DNA of 64,000 bases from the human T2T-CHM13v2.0 reference genome, Homo sapiens: NCBI RefSeq assembly GCF_009914755.1, contig NC_060932.1; one strand, given 5' to 3'. The notes under the pieces are model-generated. The model was not told where the DNA came from and did not search any database. It saw only the letters and a program-made list of their open reading frames with translations. The stretch's first letter is position 1. The number at the start of each line of letters is the position of its first letter. This document shows positions 54,201 to 64,000 of the stretch, in pieces. Both the position numbers and the translations under genes were made by a program.

Positions 54201-56811
54201 AGAAGGCCTGAAGGCTCTCCAGGCCTGGCTGTAAAGCCCCAGGCTTTAGTGCAGTTTGCCTTGTCTCTCACGAAAAGCCCCCAAAAGCAAAAACGGAGGT
54301 GCAGGGTGGGGTGAACGGGAAGCAGGGACTCAGGGCACTTTGAGACAGTCAGAGGAAAGAAGTGGCGAAATTGTAGGCAATGCTGGGAGCTTCCCAAGGA
54401 CACTTCTTCAAAGGACCCCAGGGCTGTCCCTGGCGGGATGTAAAGTTTCAGGCTTTAAAGCAGGCTGTCTATGTCTCTCCCAGAAGGCCCCCACAAGCGA
54501 AAACGGGGCCACAGGGTGGCTTGGGTGGGCCACAGGGACGCAGTGGGACGTTGAGGCAGGCAGTGGGGAGAAACGGTGAGAAGCAGTGAATGCTGGGAGC
54601 CTCCCACAGAGCCATCTCCCATCCCAGAAGCCCGAGTGCTGTCCCAGGAAGGCTATAAAGCCCTAGACTTTGGAGCAGGGTGCCTGTGTCTCTCATTCAA
54701 GGCCCCCAAAAGTGACATCGGGGCCGCAAGGTGATGTGGGCGAGTCGCAGGGACTCAGGGGAACTTTGAGACAGACAGAGAAAACAAGCGGCGAGACGGA
54801 AGGGAATGCTGAGAGATTCCTAAGGAGGGCTATCCCAATCCAGAATCCATAAGAGCTGTCCTTGACGGGCTGTAGAATCCCAGATTTTGAAGCAGGGTGC
54901 TTGTATCACTCATGGAGTGCTCACCAAGCAAAAATGGGGCCTCAGTGTGGCGTGGGCAGGCAACAGGGACTTACAGGGATGTTGAGGCAGGCATAGGGGA
55001 GAAGCGGCAAGACCGCAGGGAATGCTGGGAGTCTCCTGAAGTGGTCTCTCCCATCTCAGAAGCCCCCAGAGCTGTCCCAGGTGAGCTGTAAAGCCCAGGC
55101 TTTGGAGAAGGGTGCCTGTGCCTCTCGCACAAGGCTCCCACAAGTGAAAATGGAGTGGCATGTGTGAGCCACAGGGACTCATGGGAACTGTTGAGGCAGG
55201 CAGAGGTGAGAAGCAGCCAGACTGCAAGGAATGCTGGGAGCCTCCCAAGGCAGCCTCTTTCATTCCAGAAGCCACACTTGGGCAGGCTGTAGAGCCCCAG
55301 GCTTTGCAGCAGGGGCCTGTGTCTCTCACAGAGGGACCTCCAAGCAGAAACAAGGCCACAGCGTGGCATGAGCGGTACTTAGGAGGTACTCCTGAGCAGG
55401 TACTCAGGAGGACGTTGAGGCAGACAGAGGGGAGATGCGGTGAGAACACAGAGAATGCTGGGAGCCTTCCAAGGAGGCCTTTCTCATCCCTGAAGCACCT
55501 AGAGCTGTCTCGGACAGGCTCCATAGCCCCAGTCTTTGGAGCACGGCCCCTGCATCTCTCACGGAAATCTCCACAAGCGAAAACAGGACCCCAGGATGTC
55601 GTGGGTGTGCCACAGGGACTCAGGGGGACATTGAAGCTGGCAGACGGGAGAAAGGGCGAGACCACAGCAAATGCTGGGAGCATCACATGAAGGTCTTTCC
55701 CATTACAGTAGCCCCAAGAACTGTCTCATGCAGGGTGTAAAACTCCAGGCTTCGGAGAAGCATGCCTCTGTCTCTAGCGGAAGGCCTCCACAAGTGAAGA
55801 CAGGGCCGAATAGTGATGTGGGCAGGCCACAGGGACTCAGGGGGGATCTTGAGGCAAGCAGAGGGGAGAAGCAGCGAAAACGCAGAGAATGCTGGGAGCC
55901 TTCCAAGGAGGCCTCTCCCATTCCAGAAGCACCCAGGGTTGTCCTGGGCAGGTTGTAAAGCCCCAGGCTTTGGAGCAAGGTGTCTGTGTCTCTTGCAGAA
56001 AACTTCCACAAGCAAAATCAGGTCACAGGGTGGTGTGAGCAGGCTGCAGGGACTCAGGGGGACGATAAGGCAGGCACAGGGGAGAAGTGGTGAGACAACA
56101 GAGAATGCTGGGAGCCTCCCAATTATACCTCTTCCATCCCAGGAGCCTGCAGGGCTGTCCCAGGAGGGGTGTAAAGCCCCAAATTTTGGAACAGGGTGCC
56201 AGCGTCTCAAGTAGTAAGCCCACACAAATGAAATTGGGGCCACATAATGGCGTGGGGGGTGGGGGTCGCAGAGACTCACAGGGACATTGAGGTAGGCAGA
56301 GGGTAGAAGCGGTGAGACTGCAGGGAATGCTGGGAGCATCCCAAATATGCCTCTCCCATCCCAGAAGCCCCCAGCACTGTCCCAGGCAGGTAGTAAAGCC
56401 CCAGGCATTGGAGCAGCATTCCTCTGTCTCTCACGGAAGGCCACAACAAGCAAAAATGGCATTGTAGGGTGGTGTAGGTGGGCCACAGGTACTCAGGGTG
56501 ACATTGAGGCATGGAAAGGGCAGAAGGGGCAAGACAGCAGGAAATGCTGGGAGCCTCCTAAGGATGCCTCTCCCATACCCCAAGCCCACAGGGCTGTCCT
56601 GGGCATTCTGTAAAGCCCCAGGATTTGGATCAGGGTGCCAGTCTTTCTCACGTAAGGCCTCCAAAAGCAAAAACAGGGCTGCAGGGTGGCCTGGGTGGGC
56701 CACAGTGACTCAGGGGAAACTTGAGGCAGGCAGATGGGAAAAGCCAAGAGATCGCAGGGAATGTTGGGAGCCTCCCAAGGATGCTTCTCCCATCCTAGTA
56801 GCCCCCAGGGC
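51283..56811 (-). repeat. Gamma satellite (GSATII-like), inverted block of about 25 monomers
   Basis: Reverse-complement motifs throughout: aaagccccaggctttggagcagggtgcctgtgtctctc and gggaatgctgggagcctcccaagg. Confidence 0.93.
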
Positions 56812-59800
56812 TGGGATGGGAGAAGCCTTTTAGTGAGGTTCCCAGCATTCCCTGCAGTCTCTCCATGTCTCCCTTCTGTCTGCCTCAACGTCCTCCTGAG
56901 TTTCTGCGGATTCTCCACGCCACCCTACGGCCTTGTTTTCTCGTGGCAGCTTTCTGCGAAAGACACAGGCACCCTGCTCCAAAGCTGGGAGCTTTACAGC
57001 ACACCCGGGACAGCCCTGAGAGCTTCTGGGATGGAAGAGGCCTCCTTCAGATGCTCCCAGCATTCTCTGCCATCTCCCCGCTTAATTCCTCTACCTGCCT
57101 CAACAGCACCCTGAGTCCTTGCTGCCGGCCCACACCAAACTGCGGCCCCATTTTCGCTTGCAGGGGCTTTCTGCTAGAGACACAGGCACCCTGCTCCAAA
57201 TCCTGGGGCTTTACAGCCCACCTGGGACAGCCTTGGGGGCTTCTGGCATGGGAGAGGCCTCCTTGGGAGGCTCCCAGCATTTCCTGTGGTCTGGCCGCTT
57301 CTCCGCTCTGCTTGCCTCAACGTTTTCCTGATTCCCGGTGGCTCGTGCAGACCAACCTGCAGCCCCGTTTTTGCTTGTGGGTACCTTCCTCAAGATACAC
57401 AGGTACCCTACTCCAAAGCCTGGGGCACTACAGCCCATAAGGGACAGGCCTGGGGGCTTCTGTCATGGGAAAGGCATCCTTGGGAGGCTCCCAGCATTCC
57501 CTCCAGTCTCACAGCCTCTCCCCTCTGCCTACCTCAACATCTCCCTTAGACCCTGCTTCCTGCCCACGACACCCTGCTGCACCATTGTCGCTTTTCAGGG
57601 TCTTCTGCGAGAGACACAGGCACCCTGCTCCAAAGCCTGAAACTTTACAGCCAGTCCAGGATAGCCCCGGGGGCTTCTGGGACTGGAGAGGCCGTCGTGG
57701 GAGGCTCCCACCATTCCCTGCGGTCTCGCCGCTTCTCCCGTCTGCCTGCCTCAAAGTCCCCTTGAGTCCCTGCAACCTTCACACGCCATCCTGTGGATGC
57801 TTTTTTGCATGTGGTGGCCTTCAACGACACATACAGCCTCCCTGCTCCAAAGCCTGGGGCTTTACAACCCGCACGGAACAGCCCTGGGGGCTTCTGGGTT
57901 GGACGTTGCCTCTTAGGGGGGCTTTCAGCATTCCCTGCGGTCTCGCCGCTTCTCCCCTCTGCCTGCCTCCACATCCCCCGATTCCCTGTGGCCCGTCCAC
58001 GCCACCCTACAGCCCCGTTTTTGCATATGGGGGCCTTCCACGGGAGACAGAGTCACCCAGCTCCAAAGCCTGAGACACTACAGCCCATCCGAAAAAGAAC
58101 TGGAAGCTTCTGGGATGGGAGAGACCTCCTTGGGATGCTTTCAGCATTCCCTGAGGTCTCAGAGCTTCTTCCCTCTGCCTCCCTCAATGTCCCCTGAGTC
58201 CTTGCTGCCTGCCCACGCCAAACTGCGGCCCGCCCACTCCACCCTGCGGCCCTGTTTTCGCTTGTTTGGGCCATTTGTGAACAACACAGCCACTCTGCTT
58301 CAAAGCCTGGGGTTTTACAGCCCACCCTGGACAGTCCTGGGGACTTCCGGAATGGTAAAGGCCTTCTTGGGAGGCTCCCAGCATCCCCTGCAATCTCGCT
58401 GCTTTCCCCATCAGCCTGCCTCAACCTCCCCCTGGGTCCCTGTGGCCCTCCCATGCCACCCTGCATACCCGTTTTTGCTTTGGGGGGGCCTTTTGCAAGA
58501 GACATAAGCACCCTGCCCCAAAGCTTGGGGCTTTACAGCCCACCTGGGACAGCCCTGTGGGCTTCTGGGATGGGAGAGGCCTCCTTGGGAGGCTCCCAGC
58601 ATTCCCTGCTGTCTCACTGCTTCTCCCCTCTGCCTGCGTCAAAGTTCCCATGAGTCCCTCGGCTCGCACAGACCACCCTGTGGCCTTGTTTTCTCTTGTG
58701 GGGACCCTCCAAGAGAGTCACAGGTGATCTTCTTCAAAGCCTGGGACACTACCACCTGTTTTGGACAGACCTTGGGGCTTCTGGAATGGGAGAAACCTTA
58801 TTGGAAGGCTCCCAGCATTCCCTGTGGTTTCACCCCTTTTCCCTTCTGCTTGCCTCAATGTCTTCATGAATACCTGTGGCCCGCCCATGTGACCCTGCCA
58901 CCCTGTTGTCCCTTTTGGGGGTCTTCCTAGAAAGACACAGGCTCCCAGCATTCCCTGTGGTCTCACCGCTTCTCCCCTCTGCCTGAGTCAAAGTTCCCCT
59001 GAGTCCCTCGGCTCACCCAGACCACCCTGTGGCCTTGTTTTTGCTTGTGGGGTCCTTCCAAGAGAGTCACAGGCCATCTGCTCCAAAGCCTGGGGCATTA
59101 CAGCCCATCCAGGACAACCCTATGGGCTTCTGGGATGGGAGAGGCATTTTTGGGAGTCTCCCAGCATTCCCTGCAGTGTCGCCGCGTTAACCTTCTGCCA
59201 ATCTCAACATCCCCCTGAATCCCTGTGGCCTGCCCACGCCACCCTGAGGCCCCGTTTTTGCCTGTGGGGGCTTTCCGCGAGGGACACAGATGCACTGCTC
59301 CAAACCCTGGAGCTTTACGGAATGCCCGGGACAGCCCTGACGTCTTTTGGAATGAAAGAAGCCTTCTGGGGATGCTCCTAGCATTCCATGCGGTCTCGAT
59401 GCTTCTTCCCTTTGCATGGCTCAAGTCCCCGTGGGTCTCGGCGGCCCTCGCATGCCACACTGCGTCCCCATTTTTGCATGTGCGGACCTTCTGTGAGAGA
59501 CAAAGTCACCGGTCTCCAAAGCGTGGGGCTTTACAGCCTGCTTGGGACAGTCCGGGAGGGTTCTGGGATGGGAAAGGCCTCCTTGGGAGGCTCCCAGCAT
59601 TCCATGTGGTCTTGCCGCTTCTCCTCTCTGCCGGTCTCAATGTCCCCCTGAGTCCCTGTGGCCCGGACTAGCCACACTGTGGCCTTGTTTTTGCTAGTGG
59701 GAGTCTTCCGCTAAAGACACAGGTACCCGGCTTCAAAACCTGAGGCATAGCTTGCGTAGGACAGTCGTCGGGGCTTCGGGGATGGGAGAGGCCTCTTTGG

Positions 59801-62800
59801 AAGTCTCCCACCATTCCCTGCGGCCTCGCTGCTACCCCCATCTGCCAGCCTCAACATCCCCATGAGTCCCTATGTCCTGTCCACACCGCACCGAGGCCAA
59901 GTTTTCGCTAGTGGCGGCCTTCTGCTAGAGATACAGGCACCCTGCTTCAAAACCTGAAGCATTATAGCACACTGGGGACAGTCCTCGTGGCCTCTAAATG
60001 GGAGAAGCCAACTCAGGAGGCTTCCAGCATTTCCTGCGGTCTCACTGCTTCTCCCTCTTCCTGCCTTGATGTCCCTTGAGTTCCCGTGGCTCACTCACAC
60101 CACACTGCATCCCTATTTTGCCTTCTGGGAGCCTTCTGCGAGAGACACAGGCAATCTGCTCCAAAGCCTGGTGCTATACAGCCCACTCCAAACAGCCCAG
60201 GGGGCTTCTGGGATGAGAGAGGCCTCCAGAGGAGGCTCCCAACATTATCTGCGGTCTCGCCACTTCTTCCCACTGCCTGCCTGAACATTCCAGTTAGTTT
60301 CTATGGCCTGCCCAGCCCACCCTGCTGTCCCGTTTTTGCTTGTGGAGGCATTCCACGAAAGACACAGTCATCCTGCTTCAAAGCCTGGTGCTTTTCAGAT
60401 AGCCCGTGACAGACCTGGGAGCTTCCAGAATGGAAGACGCCTTTTAGAGAGGCTCCCAGCATTCCCGGCAGTGTCACCCCATCTCCCCTCTATCTGCCTC
60501 AACATCCCTCTGAGTCCCTGTGGCTTGCTCACGCCACCCTATGGCCTCGTTTTTGCTTGTGGCGACCATCTGTGAGAGACACTGGCACCCACCTCCAAAT
60601 TCTGGGGAACTACAGCCTGTCTGGGACAGACCTGGGGGCTTCTGGGATAGGAGAGGCCTTTTGGGGAGTCTCCCACCATTCCCTGCTGTCTCGCTGCTGC
60701 ATATCTCAACGTCTCCCTGAGTCCCTGCCACCCGCCCACGCAAACTTGTGAACCCGTTGTCTGTTTTGAGTGACTTCTGTGAGAGACACAGGCATCCTGC
60801 TCCAAAGCCTGGGGCATTACAGCTCGTCCAGGACAGGCCGGGGGGCTTCTAGGATGGAAGAGGTCTTCTTGGGAGGCTCTCAGCATTCTCTGTGGTCTGG
60901 TGGCTTATTCCGTTTGCCCACCTCAACGTCCCCGTTAGTAACTGAGGCCTGCCCATGCCACGCTATGGCCTCGTTTTCACTTGTGAGGGCTTTCCTCGAG
61001 AGACACAGGCACCCTGCTTCAAAGCCTGAAGCTTTACCGCATGCCTGGGACAGTCCTGGGGGATTCTGGGATGAAAGAGGCCTCTTTAGGAGGCTCCCAG
61101 CATTTCCTGCAGTCTTGCCATTTCTCCCCTCTGCCTGCCTCAACGTCACCCTAAGTCCCTGCCGCCCTCCCACACCACCCTGTGGCCCCATTTTCGCTGG
61201 TGAGGACCTTTCGCGAGAGACACAGGCACTCTGCTCCAAAGCCTAGGAGTTTACAGCCCTCCCAGGAAAGCTTTAGGGGCTTCTGGGATGTGAGAAGACT
61301 TTTTGGGAGGTTCCCAGCATTCCCTGCGGTCTCCCGGCTTCTCCTGTCTGCCTGCCTCAATGTTTACTTGAGTCCCTGGGGCTCGCCAGTCCACCCTGCA
61401 GCCCAGTTTTCACTTGTGGGTGCCTTTCGTGAGAGACAGAGACAGAGGCGCCCTGCTCCATAGCCTGGGGCACTACATCCCGTCCAGGACAGACAGGAGG
61501 CTTCTGGGATGGGAGACATCTCCTTGGGAGGTTGCCAGCATTCACTGCAGTCTCACTGCTTCTCCCCTCTGCCGGTCTCAACATCTCCCTGAGTCCCTGC
61601 GGCCCACCAACGCCACCCTGCTGCCCTGTTGTCTCTTTGGGGGTCTTCCGCGAGAGCCACAGGCACCCTACTCCAAAGCCTGGGGCATTACAGCTCATCA
61701 AGGACAGACCTGGGGGCTTCTGGGATGGGGGAGGCATTCTTGGAAGGCTCCCAGCATTCCCTGTGGTCTCGCTGCTTCTCCCCTCTGCCTGCCTCTATGT
61801 CCCTCTGGTGGAAGGCCCCCACATGTCAAAACGGGGCTGCAGGTTGGCATGTGAATGCCGTAGGGACTCAGGGGAATGGCATTCTCCTGCAGCCAGACCA
61901 CACCACCCTGCAGCTTAGTTTTTGCTTATTTGGGCCTTTCCTGAGAAACACAGGCACCCTGCTCCAAAGCCTGAGGTGTACAGCCCGCCTGGGACAGTTC
62001 TGAGGAATTCTGGCATAAGAGAGGCCTCCTTGGGAGACTCCCAGCTTTCCCTGATGTCTCGCCACTTCCCCTCTCTGCCTGCCTCAACGTCACCCTGAGT
62101 GACTGCCACCCGCCCACACCACCATTTGGCCCAGTCTTTGCTTGTGGGTTCTTTCTGCGAGAGACACAGGCACCCTGCTCCAAAAACTGGGGCTTTACTG
62201 CCTTCTTGAGACAGTCCGAGAGGCTTCTGGGATGGGAGTGGCCTTTTTGGGAGGCTCTGAGAATTCCTTGTGGTCTTGCCACTTCTCCCCTCTGCCAGAC
62301 TCAACGTCCCCCTGAATCCCTGCAGCCTGCCCATGCCACACTGTGGTGCTGTTTTTGCTGGTGGGAGCCTTCCACTAGAGACACAGCCACCCTGCTTCAA
62401 AATCTGAAGTGTAGCATGCCTGGGACAGTCCTGGGGGCTTCTCGATGGGAGAGGCCTACTTGAAAGGCTCCCAGATTCCCTGCGGTCTCATTGCTTCTCC
62501 CCTCTGCCAGCCTCAATGTCCTCCTGAATCCCTGTGGCCCGTGCATGCCACATTGGGGCCCCGTTTTTTTCTAGTGAGGGCTTTCTGCTAGAGACACAGG
62601 CGCCCTGCCTGAAAATATGAAGCATTACAACATGTCTGGGACAGTTCTCGGTGCTTCTGGGATGGGAGAAGCCTCCTTGGGTGGCTCCCAGCATTCCCTG
62701 TGGTCTCACTGCTTCTCCCCACTGCCTGTCTCAACGTTCTCCTGAGTCCCTACGGCATTCCTATGCCACCCTGGGGCCCCGTTTTGACATCTGGGGGCCT

Positions 62801-64000
62801 TTCTCGAGAGACCCAGTCTCCCTGCTTCAAAAGCTGGGGTTTTACAACCTGCCCGGGATAGCCCTGTGGGCTTCTGCGATAGGAGAGTTCTCCTTGGGAG
62901 GCTCAGTCATATCCTTTGGTCTCGCTGCATCTCCCTTCTGCCTCCCTCAACGTTCCTCTGAGTCTCTGTGGCTCGCCCAGGCCACCCTGCATCCCCATTT
63001 CGCTTGTGGGAACCTTCCTCGAGAAACACAGGCACACTGCTTCAATGCCTGGGGCTTTACAGCCTCCCCAGGACAGTCCTGGGGACTTCTGGGATGGGAG
63101 AAGCTGCCTCGGTAGGATCCCAGCATTCCCTTTGATTTCAACGCTTCCCCCCTCTGCCTGCCTCAACATCACCCTGAGTCCCTGCTGCCTGCCACGCCAC
63201 CATGCTGCCTCGTTTTCCTAGTGGGAGTCTTCCAGGAGAGACACAGGCACTCTACTTTGAAGCCTGGGGTTTACACCATGCCTAGGACATACCTGGTGGC
63301 TTCTGGGATGGAAGAGGGCTCCTTGGGATGCTCCCAGCATTCCCTGCGGTCTCACTGCTTTTCCCCTCTGCTTGCCACAACGTTCCCTTGGGAGGCTTCC
63401 AGCATTCCCTGCTGTCTCGGCGCTTTTCCCAGTTCCCGACCTCAACGTCCCCTGAGTTTCTACGGCTCTCCCAGGCCACCATGCTGCCACGTTTTCGCTT
63501 GTGGGGGCCTTGCTTGAGAGACACAGGCATGCTGCTCCCATGCCTGTGGCAGTACAACTCCTCTGGGACAGGCAGAGGGCTTCTGTGATGAAAGAGGGGT
63601 CATTGGGAGGCTCCCAGCATTCCTTCAGGTCTCACCACTTATCCCCTCTGACTGTGTTAACATCCCTTTGAGTCCCTGTGGCATGCCCAAGCCACACTGC
63701 AGCCCCGTTTTCACTTGTGGGAGCCTTCTGCCAGACACAGACAACCTGCTCTAAAGCCTGGGACTTTACAACCTGCCAAGGACATCCCAGGAGGCTTCTG
63801 AGATGTGAAAGGCCTTTTAGGGAGGTTCTTGGCATTCCCAGTGGTGTCGCCTCGTCTTCCCTCTGTCTGCCGCAATGTCCCTCTGAGAACCTGCCACTGC
63901 CCACGCCTCCTTACGGCCTCATTTTTGCTTGTGGGGGCTTTCTGCTAGAAACACTAGTAGCCTGCTTCAAAAACTGAAGCTTTCCAGCATGCCCGGGGAC
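56812..64000 (+). repeat. Gamma satellite (GSATII-like), forward orientation, running off the window end
   Basis: The forward consensus resumes at ctgggatgggagaagcc (~56811) and continues to 64000. Confidence 0.93.
61807..61878 (-). repeat. 72-bp inverted gamma-satellite fragment inserted in a forward monomer
   Basis: ggaaggcccccacatgtcaaaacggggctgcaggttggcatgtgaatgccgtagggactcagggg is the reverse complement of a monomer segment. Confidence 0.88.

Noticed and set aside
31187-56811. One large inversion covering the alpha block plus the inverted gamma block
   Set aside because: Flipping it back does not restore monomer phase or subfamily continuity at 31186: ctgcctgcc would be followed by ccctggggg from a different subfamily.
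1-64000. Hundreds of 60-270 aa ORFs with recurring peptides such as RHRHPAPKPGALQP...GFWDGRGLLGRLPAFPAVSPLLPSACLNVPLSPCG
   Set aside because: They are translations of a GC-rich, stop-poor ~216-217 bp satellite. They occur in all six frames, are broken by random stops and frameshifts, and show no sign of codon-level constraint.

Overview
This is primate pericentromeric satellite DNA. I find no host protein-coding genes; nearly all ORFs in the track are translations of tandem repeats. Layout: (1) 1-~29360, a diverged GC-rich ~216-217 bp gamma-satellite array (GSATII-like), interrupted at ~1888-5376 by one heavily deleted ERV1-class provirus (ERV3/HERV-R-like: tRNA-Arg PBS, 4-bp TSD, gag remnant, no pol/env). 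(2) ~29370-31186, a second gamma-satellite subfamily (GSAT/GSATX-like). (3) ~31187-51285, about 20 kb of monomeric alpha satellite with ~172-bp units and no CENP-B boxes seen, carrying fossil multi-monomer duplications including a clear 8-mer. (4) ~51283-56811, GSATII-like satellite in inverted orientation. (5) ~56812-64000, GSATII-like satellite in the original orientation, joined to block 4 by an in-register fold-back junction. I see no evidence for a new gene system. The points of interest are structural and evolutionary: the relic alpha higher-order unit, templated inversions, monomer subtypes, recurrent duplication of a CTCF-like motif, and the rearranged provirus with an unidentified insert. 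Family names come from my recall of consensus sequences, not from a database search. Species and chromosome cannot be fixed from this window.
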